Assembly: GCA_004298915.1 (NCBI GenBank)
Contig: SCTE01000249.1
Coordinates: 1 to 35,225, forward strand
Direction of reading: 5' to 3'
Length of the DNA: 35,225 bases
DNA from: Chloroflexota bacterium
Lineage (GTDB): Bacteria; Chloroflexota; Limnocylindria; Limnocylindrales; CSP1-4
The position numbers were made by a program, and so were the translations under genes. Of this stretch, positions 9,021 to 17,310 are shown piece by piece. The first letter of the stretch is position 1; the number at the start of each line of letters is the position of its first letter. Below the pieces are notes generated by a model. That model was not told the origin of the DNA and did not search any database. It was given only the letters and a program-made list of their open reading frames with translations.

Positions 9021-9101
9021 GTAACCTGTGTGGAGGCGATTAGTGGTTACCCGCAGCATAGTCACTTGCGCGTAACCTGTCAAGCGGTATATGGTGGTTA
9101 C
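9021..9101. promoter_or_regulatory. duplicated operator-like element GTAACCTGT-N13-GTGGTTAC (two copies, 51 bp apart)
   Basis: Copy 1 is 9021-9050 and copy 2 is 9072-9101. Each has inverted hexamers GTAACC/GGTTAC separated by exactly 18 nt. The copies share 9-nt and 8-nt identical ends. Both lie in the 108-bp divergent intergenic region. Confidence 0.5.
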
Positions 9102-9105
9102 TGCC

Positions 9106-9711
9106 ATGAAGTCCGCCGACGAATCGACCCACGCTCACGACCTCGCACTCGATGCCGCCGTCGAGTTCCTGAACACGAAGGAACTCGAATTCGGACACCT
9201 CGTGGATCACCTCCACGAGCCGGGCGACGCGCGCTCGTGGTTCGTCGAGCAGGGCGTCATCCACGGGACCGATCGCGCGGGATGGAACCAGCGCGACCTC
9301 GAGCGAGTCCGGAAGGTCCGTGATGCACTCCGGGAGGTCCTCGATGCGGTCGTCGAGGATCGGGCCCCATCTGCGGCGGCTGTCGACCTCGTCAATCGAG
9401 CCCTCGCCGACGGCCGCGTGCCCCGCCTCGAGCTCCAGGGGTCGGACGTCGCCGTCGGGCATCGCCACGGCACGAACGAGGTCGGCGACGCGCTCGCGGC
9501 CCTCGCCGGCCCGATCGTCACCGAGATCGCGACCGGTCGCCCGGATCGGTTCCGTACCTGCGCCAACGACACCTGCCGGTGGTCGTTCTACGATGCGTCA
9601 CCCACCGGGCGGCGGCGCTGGTGCGACATGCGAACATGCGGCAACCGGGCCAAGGCGGCCCGCCATCGAGAGCGCGCCAAGGGCATCGAGATCATCGATC
9701 CCGTGCCCTGA
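9106..9711 (+). CDS. CGNR zinc-finger domain protein (ABATE/DUF1470-type putative regulator)
   Basis: The C-terminus RFRTCANDTCRWSFYDASPTGRRRWCDMRTCGNRAKAARHRER is the zf-CGNR signature. An alternative start is the ATG at 9091. Confidence 0.85.
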   Translation: MKSADESTHAHDLALDAAVEFLNTKELEFGHLVDHLHEPGDARSWFVEQGVIHGTDRAGWNQRDLERVRKVRDALREVLDAVVEDRAPSAAAVDLVNRALADGRVPRLELQGSDVAVGHRHGTNEVGDALAALAGPIVTEIATGRPDRFRTCANDTCRWSFYDASPTGRRRWCDMRTCGNRAKAARHRERAKGIEIIDPVP

Positions 9712-9750
9712 CGGGTTGAGGTCCCGGCCCGAACCTCCAGTCGCGTTCGA

Positions 9751-11088
9751 TCAACGGGCGAGCCGCGCCCAGATCGGGACTTCGACGGCTTGCGCGGATT
9801 CACCGCAGCCGACCGTCGCGACGAGCAGGAACCGGTCGAGGTGGGCGTATGCCCCCCGGATTCGGGGCCATTCGGCGTCCTGCGGATCCGAAGGAGCCAT
9901 GAGCCATGACGCCCGGATCGTGTGCCCATCCCTGATCGCGGAAGGCTCGATGGCGACGGTGTATCCGCCGATGATCCCCGGCGGGAGCAGCCCCTCGCTC
10001 GGCGCCGTTGCCCCGTACCACCCGACGACGGCACCATCCAGAGTGTCCACTGGATCCTCGTTCGTGACGAGGAACCACGACTCGCCCGAGAGCTCGCTGG
10101 CCGGCTGAACCTGGTAGCCGGCGCTGTCGCCGCCCACCGGCGGATTCTCGCGGTTCATGAGGCCGAACGGAAGCAGGTCGGCCCGCCGCCAGGCGGCTTC
10201 GAGCACGAGGTGGAGGCGCTGCCGGTCGTGGGTCACGGTTCCTCCGGCGTCCACGTCGCCCCGATCGCAGGTCATGGTCCATCGAACGTCGACGTCGGCT
10301 GCGCGGGCCTGCGTGGGATCCGGCACGACGGCGAACACCGGCCCAACGAGCAACGGAAGGATGAGTGAGGACACCAGGGCGGCGGTCAGCCCGGCGCCGA
10401 TCCGGCCCGACCCGGCCGTGTACGCGCGCAGGCGTGCCCACTGCCCACTGACGGCGAGGAGGACACCGGCTCCGAGCAGCGTGCCCAGTGGGACGGTGAA
10501 GGCCCCCGGCGTCGCCGGATTCGCCACCATCCAGACGCCCGAGACGATGAAGTCGATCGCCACGGCGATCGCGTACCAGAGGGACCAGCGCTGCCCCGTG
10601 CCAAGTGCCCGGTAGGCGAGCGCGCACGCGCCGAACGCATAGAGGTAGGCAACGACCGAACTGACCGCGACAACAGGCGTTGCCGTCGCACCGAAGACGA
10701 TGGCGCCCCCAGCCATGAACAGGGCCGCGATGGCCATCATGAGCCGGAGCCAGCGGATGGCTCCAGGCCGTGGACCGTCGATCGCCACGCCGGCCAGGAG
10801 CACGCCGATGGTGCTGGCCCAGAGCGCGGAATGGAAGGTTCGGCCGAAGGCGCCCGCGAGTTCCTCGGCTCCACCGAAATCGTCGATCGCGCGCTGCGTG
10901 GCCGCCGCCACGGAGAGCCCGCTGGCCGCATGCGCACGGATCCGCTCCGCAATGTGCCCGAACAGTTCCTCGGTCAGGTCCTCACGTGCGCCGTGGGGCA
11001 CGTGCGCGCCGTCCACGATCGCCTTGACATACGCATCGACGAGGCCCTCCGCCTCAGTCGCGGGCGCAGGCTCGTCCGGTCCGGTCAT
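9751..11088 (-). CDS. PadR-associated integral membrane protein (N-terminal cytoplasmic helical domain, ~6 TM segments, ~210-aa extracytoplasmic C-terminal domain)
   Basis: The ATG at 11088 overlaps the PadR stop (ATGA, 11085-11088). The N-terminus (LVDAYVKAIVDGAHVPHGAREDLTEELFGHIAERI) resembles the DUF1700/HAAS-type domain usually paired with PadR. Hydrophobic helices follow. Confidence 0.7.
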   Translation of the reverse strand: MTGPDEPAPATEAEGLVDAYVKAIVDGAHVPHGAREDLTEELFGHIAERIRAHAASGLSVAAATQRAIDDFGGAEELAGAFGRTFHSALWASTIGVLLAGVAIDGPRPGAIRWLRLMMAIAALFMAGGAIVFGATATPVVAVSSVVAYLYAFGACALAYRALGTGQRWSLWYAIAVAIDFIVSGVWMVANPATPGAFTVPLGTLLGAGVLLAVSGQWARLRAYTAGSGRIGAGLTAALVSSLILPLLVGPVFAVVPDPTQARAADVDVRWTMTCDRGDVDAGGTVTHDRQRLHLVLEAAWRRADLLPFGLMNRENPPVGGDSAGYQVQPASELSGESWFLVTNEDPVDTLDGAVVGWYGATAPSEGLLPPGIIGGYTVAIEPSAIRDGHTIRASWLMAPSDPQDAEWPRIRGAYAHLDRFLLVATVGCGESAQAVEVPIWARLAR

Positions 11089-11417
11089 CCACCGAGCACC
11101 TGATCGGCTGCGCGCGTGAACCGGTGCCACGACTCGCGGCCTTCGGTGAGGGCCCGCTCGCCGGCCGTGGTCAGGGCGTAGTAGCGCCGGCGTGGCGCGC
11201 CTTCCACGTCGACCCAGCGCGCCCGGACGAGCCCATCCCGTTCGAGCCGGCGGAGCGCCGGGTAGACCGTACCTTCGGGCAGATCGATGACCGCGGTCGA
11301 CCGCGCGCGCAGCTCGGAGACGACTTCATACCCGTACATCTCGCGCTCGCCGAGCAGGCCGAGGAGCAGCAGCCCGTAGTCGCCGCGATCGAGTCGAGGG
11401 GCTGTCATTCGCGTCAC
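11085..11417 (-). CDS. PadR-family transcriptional regulator
   Basis: LLLLGLLGEREMYGYEVVSELRARS...LPEGTVYPALRRLERDGLVRARW...RRRYYALTTAGERAL is the canonical PadR winged helix. The start is GTG at 11417 or ATG at 11408. Confidence 0.9.
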   Translation of the reverse strand: MTRMTAPRLDRGDYGLLLLGLLGEREMYGYEVVSELRARSTAVIDLPEGTVYPALRRLERDGLVRARWVDVEGAPRRRYYALTTAGERALTEGRESWHRFTRAADQVLGG

Positions 11418-11438
11418 CTACCTAGATGTACTAGGTAG
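11418..11438. promoter_or_regulatory. perfect 8-bp inverted repeat CTACCTAG-ATGTA-CTAGGTAG, candidate PadR operator
   Basis: The arms are at 11418-11425 and 11431-11438, immediately upstream of the PadR start. It is an AT-richer island in GC-rich DNA. Confidence 0.5.
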
Positions 11439-11479
11439 TGTAGCGCACGAGGCAGACTTCGCAAGACCCCGGCCGCAGG

Positions 11480-12415
11480 TCAGCCTTCGAAGGCCGGCCT
11501 GACCTCGGTCGCAAGGCGGGTCATCGACTCCTCGTCATGCGGGCCGGGAAAGCCCGCGATGAGGTGGTGATAGCCGATCTCCGGGTACGGCGCGAGCATC
11601 GCGATCACGTCCTCGGGCGTCCCGACCGGCTGGTCCTCCCAGGGCCAGGCGTTGCCGTTCCGGGCGAACATCGCCTCGAACACCCGCCGCGCCTCGTCGC
11701 GCGAGTCGCGGATGATCACGGTCCCGACGCCGGTGGTCCGTTCGATCTCGGCCGGGTCGCGCCCGATTCGCTCGCAATGCTCGATGAGGATCGCGTCCTT
11801 GCGCTTGACCGCCTCGAGTCCGCCGCCCACGTTATTGGCATCGGCGTAGCGTGCGACCAGTTTGAGCGTCACCTTCTCGCCGCCGCCCCCGATGAGGAGC
11901 GGCAGGTGTGCCTGGATGGGCGCCGGATCGTTCCGCACCTCGAGGGCCTTGTAGCGCGGGCCCGTTGCGGTCGGCTGTTCGCCATGAAGCATGCCCCGAA
12001 TGATCGGCAGCGCCTCGCCGAGCCAGCGAAGCCGGTCCGGCGGCCCCTCGCCGAACTCGAGGCCGTAGGCCGCATGTTCGCGGGCGAACCAGGCCGCACC
12101 GATGCCGAGGATCGCCCGGCCGTTGCTCACATGATCGAGCGTCGTCGCGATCTTGGCCGTCACCGCGGGCTCCCGGAACGTGTTCGCGCCGACCATCAGC
12201 CCGATCCGGATGCGCTCCGTCGCCATGGCCCAGCCTGTGAGTACCGTCCAGCCCTCGAGGATCGGACCCTCCCACGACCCGACGATCGGATAGAGGTGAT
12301 CCCACGTCCAGAGACTTGTGTATCCAAGTTCGTCCGCCCGGATGCCAGCCTGGAGGAGCGACGGCCAGTCGGTGTACTGGTTCCAGCAGAGTGCCCCGAT
12401 CTTGACTTCACTCAA
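11480..12415 (-). CDS. LLM-class (luciferase-like) F420-dependent oxidoreductase
   Basis: 311 aa with IGALCWNQYTDWP...LWTWDHLYP...GIGAAWFAREHAAYG...LLIGGGGEKVTLKLVARYAD, typical of the LLM/F420 family. A TTG start at 12415 overlaps the upstream stop. Confidence 0.85.
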   Translation of the reverse strand: MSEVKIGALCWNQYTDWPSLLQAGIRADELGYTSLWTWDHLYPIVGSWEGPILEGWTVLTGWAMATERIRIGLMVGANTFREPAVTAKIATTLDHVSNGRAILGIGAAWFAREHAAYGLEFGEGPPDRLRWLGEALPIIRGMLHGEQPTATGPRYKALEVRNDPAPIQAHLPLLIGGGGEKVTLKLVARYADANNVGGGLEAVKRKDAILIEHCERIGRDPAEIERTTGVGTVIIRDSRDEARRVFEAMFARNGNAWPWEDQPVGTPEDVIAMLAPYPEIGYHHLIAGFPGPHDEESMTRLATEVRPAFEG

Positions 12416-12777
12416 CGTTGCGTCTCCTGTGGGTTCTGAGCGTCGTCTGCTGAAGGGCCTGACCAGGCCAACGGCTGAAGCGCCGCGACGATCTCATCGC
12501 GCAGCGCGATCTCCTGCCCTCTCTTCCAGGGGCGCAGGGCCGAAGCTCGGGTCATTGCCACGATAGCGAGGTCCTTGCGAACATCCGCCGCCTCGACCCA
12601 GTGATCGGGGCGTGTGACCGCAAGGACGACAGATGCGTCGCCGCGCGAGCATCTCAGGGCGAAGTCGAATCCACCTGACTTCGATGCGTGCGGCTCGACC
12701 TTGAGTCCGGTGTCCGCGAGGACTCGATCGATCTTCGAGGTGTCGGTCGCATGCATGACGATGTAGTCGTCACTCAC
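12412..12777 (-). CDS. hypothetical protein (121 aa), no recognisable family
   Basis: A GTG start at 12777 is preceded by AGGAG. The ORF has visibly lower GC and lower third-position GC than its neighbours. It lies between an LLM gene relic and the intact LLM gene. Confidence 0.55.
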   Translation of the reverse strand: MSDDYIVMHATDTSKIDRVLADTGLKVEPHASKSGGFDFALRCSRGDASVVLAVTRPDHWVEAADVRKDLAIVAMTRASALRPWKRGQEIALRDEIVAALQPLAWSGPSADDAQNPQETQR

Positions 12778-12813
12778 GTCCGACTCCTGGATTGAGTTCG
12801 TCGGTGGAACGGG

Positions 12814-12936
12814 TCACGAGTGGTCCCACGTCCAGAGCGTGTCGAAGCCGAGCTTGTCGGCGCGGACGCCGGCTTCGAGCATCGCGGGCCACGTGGAGTA
12901 CTGGTTCCAGCAGAGTGCGCCGAGGCGGATATCCAA
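12814..12936 (-). pseudogene. 40-codon N-terminal relic of a paralogous LLM oxidoreductase gene
   Basis: AGGAG-N9-TTG (12936) opens LDIRLGALCWNQYSTWPAMLEAGVRADKLGFDTLWTWDHS*. This aligns with residues 3-41 of the intact LLM gene (EVKIGALCWNQYTDWPSLLQAGIRADELGYTSLWTWDHL) at about 60% identity, then stops at 12814-12816. Confidence 0.6.
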
Positions 12937-13005
12937 CGAGGTGTTCTCCTGCTCCTGTGCGGGCGTACCCGGCGCCGGCCGATCAGGCCGACCGGTTCGC
13001 TGCGA

Positions 13006-13389
13006 TCACCGTTTCGGTTCGACCACGGCCAGCACGTTGCGACTCGGATCGATGAACCAGGCGGCCCACGAGTGACCCATGTCCGCGATGCCGTCCGTGG
13101 TCACCGGGTCGGGCGCCTGATACTCCTCGATCTTGACGCCTCGCGCCCGCAGGTCGGCGAGCGCCTCCCTGATGTCCGGTACGCGCCAGGCGAGCTGGGT
13201 CTGCGTGTCGGAGGTCCCCACCGTGCTCAGGGTGACCACCAGCTGGCCCCCATTGCCGCATTTGAAGACGATGCGGTCGCCCGGATCCTCGCGGAGGATC
13301 TCGAGGCCGAGCGTACCGTGATAGAAGTCCCGCGTCGCGTCGAGATCGGTCGACAGGAGGATCGGAAAGACGATGTGATTACCGAGCAT
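13006..13389 (-). CDS. VOC/glyoxalase-bleomycin resistance family protein
   Basis: AGGAGG-N5-ATG (13389). The 127-aa product reads MLGNHIVFPILLSTDLDATRDFYHGTLGLEILRED...WFIDPSRNVLAVVE, typical of the VOC fold. The 154-aa upstream extension in the track ORF is Arg-rich and not protein-like. Confidence 0.85.
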   Translation of the reverse strand: MLGNHIVFPILLSTDLDATRDFYHGTLGLEILREDPGDRIVFKCGNGGQLVVTLSTVGTSDTQTQLAWRVPDIREALADLRARGVKIEEYQAPDPVTTDGIADMGHSWAAWFIDPSRNVLAVVEPKR

Positions 13390-13905
13390 CGGTACCTCCT
13401 GCCTGTCAAGCGACGGATGCCGCCAAGTATCGATCCGATCGCCGATGGGGCGTCGGGCCGGGGTTGACCGCGCGACCCGAAGAAACGAGCCCGAAGGGCG
13501 GTTCCGCGTCCTCCGGGCTCTCCCCGCATCGCCCCTGGCTGGGGGCCATGCAAGTGGGCTTACGGTACCGCTTCCGGTCCGAGGAGGCGCGACCCAGATG
13601 GCGCGGACCCGCAGCCCGCGCGCGACAGTAGCGACGCGCGGGAACGATCCACCCAGATACGAACCCCAGTCGTGGTAGGCGCGGAACAACCACCGCATCC
13701 GCCGCGCGCACGCGCACGATGCCGGCGGTTCGTGCTCAGTGACCGCGTGCTGGGCGCGCCTCACGGCTCCGCGACCGCGAAACCGGTGCCTTACACGAAC
13801 CCGGTTCGTAGGTGGGGCGATTCGGCCCCGCAGCCGCCATACCACGAACATGGCTCGTATCCGAGGCTACAGCAGCCCGCCCTGACGGCGAACCGGCCCG
13901 ACCCG

Positions 13906-14481
13906 TCAGAGGGCCAGGCGCGCCACCACCTCGATGCCGTCCATCTCCCCGGTCGGCACGAAGCCCAGACCTCGATAGAACGGCTCGGGCCCGCCGTCGG
14001 CCGGCACCCAGCTGACGAGCAGTTCGTGTGCGTTGGGCAGCGTACGGACGAACTCGACGATCAGCCCGATGGCCGCCCGCCCGTATCCGCGACCCTGGTA
14101 GCGCGCGTCGATCATGAACCGCCACAGGTAGTACTCGGGCGCGTCGCGATCGATCGACAGCATGGCAAACCCGACCGGGGTCCCGTCCGCGTAGATGCCG
14201 CGGTACCAGGCCTTCGGCTCGAACAGCGCCTCCGCGAACGAAATGGCGTTCGGTGCCACGAACGACATCTGCCCCGGTGCCACCGCGAGCCGGCAGATCG
14301 CGCGGACATCGTCCTTCGATACCTCTCGGAGCTCGACAACCGCGCCGTCAGCCACGGACCGCGGGGTCGCCGCCGAAGCGTCAGCCGCGGCCCCGTCCTC
14401 GGGGGCCGTCATGGCCTGCCACGCTCGCCACGAAGCATCGGCCGCCGCCCACGGGTCATCGGTCGTGCCGTCCTCAGTCAC
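13906..14481 (-). CDS. GNAT-family N-acetyltransferase
   Basis: [24 protein letters not shown] is the acetyl-CoA binding motif A (Q/RxxGxG/A). The size is typical. The start overlaps the leuS stop by 8 nt. Confidence 0.85.
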   Translation of the reverse strand: MTEDGTTDDPWAAADASWRAWQAMTAPEDGAAADASAATPRSVADGAVVELREVSKDDVRAICRLAVAPGQMSFVAPNAISFAEALFEPKAWYRGIYADGTPVGFAMLSIDRDAPEYYLWRFMIDARYQGRGYGRAAIGLIVEFVRTLPNAHELLVSWVPADGGPEPFYRGLGFVPTGEMDGIEVVARLAL

Positions 14482-17029
14482 GGACGACGAGGTTCACGAG
14501 GCGGCCGCCGCCCGCGACCACGACCCGGTCCGGCGTCCGGCCGCCGAGCGCCGCCACGACGCGCGGCGCGGCAACCGCGAGCCCCTCGAGCTCGGCGTCA
14601 CTGATCCCGGCGGGGACGACGATCTTGTCGCGAACCTTGCCGTTGACCTGGACGGGGACCTCGCGCGTGTCCTCGACGACGGCGGTCGGATCGACCTCGG
14701 GCCATCGCTCCGTGTGGATCGACGACCATGTGATGCCCGCCGCGCCCAGGCGTCGAGACCAGAGCTCCTCGGTGATGTGGGGGGCCGCCGGCGCGAGCAT
14801 CAGGAGCAGCATGCGCACGGCTTCGTCCCACGCAGACCCGCCGGCCGCCGGCGTCCCTCGATACCGGTACAGGACGTTCGACAGCTCCATGAGCTTCGCG
14901 ACCATCGTGTTGAACCGGAAGCCCTCGTAGTCGGCCGTCACGTCCCGCAGCGTTCGATGCGCGGCCGTCCGCATCGCCGCATCGGCCGTGGCCTCGTCCT
15001 GGCCAGGCGGGAGCTTGCCCGCATCCTGGTCGCCCGGATCCGAACCATGGGGGTCGGTGGCGATCGCCCAGACGCGGTTCAGGAATCGGTGCACGCCCCC
15101 GATCCCACTCTCGCTCCACGGACCGCCCTGGTCCCACGGGCCCATGAACATGAGGAACAGGCGGACCGTGTCCGCGCCGTATCGGGCCACCAGCTGGTCC
15201 GGGTCCTGGACGTTGCCCCGCGACTTGCTCATCCGCTCGCCGTCGGCGCCCAGGATCTGGCCCTGGTTGAACAGCCGCTTGAACGGCTCGTCCTCGTGCA
15301 CGAGGCCGATGTCCCGCATCGCCTTGGTGAAGAAGCGGCTGTAGAGGAGATGCATGACCGCGTGCTCGGCGCCGCCGGTGTACTGGTCCACGGGGGTCCA
15401 TCGGTCGGTCATCGAGGTATCGAGCGGACCATCGGTCTTGCCGGGCGACAGGTAGCGATACCAGTACCAGCTCGAATCGATGAACGTGTCGAGGGTATCG
15501 GTCTCGCGCCGGGCAGGACCATCGCAGTTCGGGCAGGTGACCCGGAGGAACGCCTCGTCGTGGGCGAGGGGATTCTCGCCGCTGCCCCGATAGTCGACCG
15601 TGTCCGGGAGGAGGACCGGCAGCTGATCCTCGGGGACGGGCACGGCCCCGCAGCGATCGCAGTGGATGATCGGGATGGGTGTGCCCCAGTAGCGCTGGCG
15701 GCTGATGAGCCAGTCGCGGACCCGGTACGTGATGGCGGGCTGTCCCGCGGCGCGCTCGGACAGCGCAGCGACGATGGCGCTGCCGCCGGCGTCGGCGGTC
15801 ATCCCGGTGAACGGACCACTGTTGACGAGGCGCTCGTCCGCGGCGTGGCTGACGAACGCGGCGTCGAGCGGCTCGTGTTCGGTACCGGGCGCCGCCACGA
15901 CCCGTCGGATCGGCAGGCCGAACTGGGTCGCGAACGCGAAGTCCCGTTCGTCGTGCGCGGGCACGGCCATGATCGCGCCGGTTCCGTAGCCGGCGAGCAC
16001 GTAGTCGGCGATGTAGATCGGGATCCGCTCGTCGTTGATCGGGTTGATGACCTCGGCGCCGATGGCCACGCCGGTCTTCTCACGGTCCGTGGACAGTCGC
16101 TCGATCTCGGTCGCGTCGCGGGCACGAGCCACGTAGGCATCCACTTCGGCTCGTCGCTCCGGGGCGGTCAGCGTCGCGACGAGGGGGTGTTCCGGCGCGA
16201 GGACCATGAACGTCGCCCCGAACAGCGTGTCAGGCCGGGTCGTGAAGGCGCGGAGCTCCTGTCCGCCGGCATGGTGGGCCGATGGCGCCGTGGTGAAGAC
16301 GATCTCGCCACCCTCGGATCGACCGATCCAGTTGGTCTGCATCAGCCGGATCGGGTCCGGCCAGTCGATGGTTCGGAAGTCAAGCAGCTCGTCCGCGTAG
16401 TTCGTGGTCCGGAACCACCACTGGGCCAGGTCGCGCTTCTCGACTTTGGCGCCACACCGCCAGCACCGACGATCCGTCCCCTCGACCTGCTCGCGGGCCA
16501 GCGTGCCGTCGTTGGGGCACCAGTCCACGGCGGCGGTCGCGCGATAGGCGAGGCCCGCCTTCAGGAACTGGAGGAACAGCCACTGGTTCCAGCGGTAGTA
16601 GGACGGGTCGCAGGTCACGACCTCGGCCTCCCAGTCGAACGCCGCCCCCATCGTCCGCAACTGGCGTCGCATGATGTCGATGTTCTGCATCGTCCAGGCG
16701 CGCGGATTGACCTTGTTCTTGATCGCAGCGTTCTCGGCCGGCAGGCCGAAGGCATCGAAGCCGACCGGGAAGAACACGTTCTGTCCGAGCATCCGGTGGT
16801 AGCGGGCGATCGCGTCGGTCGGCGTCTTCACGTACCAGTGCCCGATGTGCAGGTTGCCCGACGGGTAGTCGTACATCGTCAACAGGTAGAACTTGGGTCG
16901 CGATTCGTCAGCGAGGTCGGTCTGGTAAAGGCGCATCTCGTCCCAGCGCGCCTGCCAGCCAGCCTCGATCGAGCCGGCGTCGTAGCGCTCGGCTCGGGTC
17001 CGTTCGATCGGCTCGCTCGTCCTGGTCAC
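14474..17029 (-). CDS. leuS: leucine--tRNA ligase
   Basis: 851 aa. The HIGH motif is SGNLHIGH and the KMSKS motif is MSKSRGN. The CP1 editing domain and bacterial LeuS blocks are present throughout. GTG start at 17029. Confidence 0.97.
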   Translation of the reverse strand: MTRTSEPIERTRAERYDAGSIEAGWQARWDEMRLYQTDLADESRPKFYLLTMYDYPSGNLHIGHWYVKTPTDAIARYHRMLGQNVFFPVGFDAFGLPAENAAIKNKVNPRAWTMQNIDIMRRQLRTMGAAFDWEAEVVTCDPSYYRWNQWLFLQFLKAGLAYRATAAVDWCPNDGTLAREQVEGTDRRCWRCGAKVEKRDLAQWWFRTTNYADELLDFRTIDWPDPIRLMQTNWIGRSEGGEIVFTTAPSAHHAGGQELRAFTTRPDTLFGATFMVLAPEHPLVATLTAPERRAEVDAYVARARDATEIERLSTDREKTGVAIGAEVINPINDERIPIYIADYVLAGYGTGAIMAVPAHDERDFAFATQFGLPIRRVVAAPGTEHEPLDAAFVSHAADERLVNSGPFTGMTADAGGSAIVAALSERAAGQPAITYRVRDWLISRQRYWGTPIPIIHCDRCGAVPVPEDQLPVLLPDTVDYRGSGENPLAHDEAFLRVTCPNCDGPARRETDTLDTFIDSSWYWYRYLSPGKTDGPLDTSMTDRWTPVDQYTGGAEHAVMHLLYSRFFTKAMRDIGLVHEDEPFKRLFNQGQILGADGERMSKSRGNVQDPDQLVARYGADTVRLFLMFMGPWDQGGPWSESGIGGVHRFLNRVWAIATDPHGSDPGDQDAGKLPPGQDEATADAAMRTAAHRTLRDVTADYEGFRFNTMVAKLMELSNVLYRYRGTPAAGGSAWDEAVRMLLLMLAPAAPHITEELWSRRLGAAGITWSSIHTERWPEVDPTAVVEDTREVPVQVNGKVRDKIVVPAGISDAELEGLAVAAPRVVAALGGRTPDRVVVAGGGRLVNLVVRD

Positions 17030-17054
17030 GGGTGCGTCCTGCTTCCGATGTCCC

Positions 17055-17074
17055 GCCGCGCCGGGTGGCGCGGC
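17055..17074 (-). other. perfect 8-bp GC hairpin (GCCGCGCC-N4-GGCGCGGC) in the tRNA-Ala/leuS spacer
   Basis: Seen directly in the sequence, 26 nt upstream of the leuS GTG. No U-tract follows. It could be a processing or attenuation structure or a factor-dependent terminator. Confidence 0.3.
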
Positions 17075-17141
17075 AGCCTGGTTACCGAAGACCCCCCGCC
17101 GTACCGGCGAGGGGTCGCAGAGGCCGGCGGTCTCGGTGTAG

Positions 17142-17217
<76 letters not shown>

Positions 17218-17310
17218 GCGCCGGAGCGGGAGTATAGCAGGGGCCACCGTTCGTCCCGAGTGGCCGGGAGCCCGACGCGGCGAAGCTGGAACCGCCCGGG
17301 TCGGCCCCCG

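Noticed and set aside
13795-13809. Palindrome ACGAACC-C-GGTTCGT as a third LexA box
   Set aside because: The CGAAC/GTTCG half-sites are separated by 3 nt. The two clear SOS boxes in this window, and the established consensus, have 4 nt. No promoter context is obvious.
13390-13851. 154-codon N-terminal extension of the VOC gene (track ORF 13006-13851)
   Set aside because: The extension is Arg-rich and not protein-like. A strong AGGAGG-N5-ATG at 13389 yields a canonical 127-aa VOC domain protein.
13390-13905. Known structured RNAs in the long spacer (RNase P, tmRNA, SRP RNA, cobalamin or guanidine riboswitch)
   Set aside because: I looked on both strands for four signatures and found none intact:
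- GAGGAAAGUCCGGGC / ACAGAACCCGGCUUA (RNase P);
- a tRNA-like 3' end (tmRNA);
- a GGAA-tetraloop domain IV (SRP);
- B12-box or ykkC cores.

A CCGGAAGCGGTACCGTAAG stretch only superficially resembles SRP domain IV and its stem does not pair.
17030-17141. T-box leader upstream of leuS
   Set aside because: The spacer is only 112 nt. It has no recognisable T-box sequence (…GGGUGGNACCGCG…), specifier loop or AG-bulge motifs.
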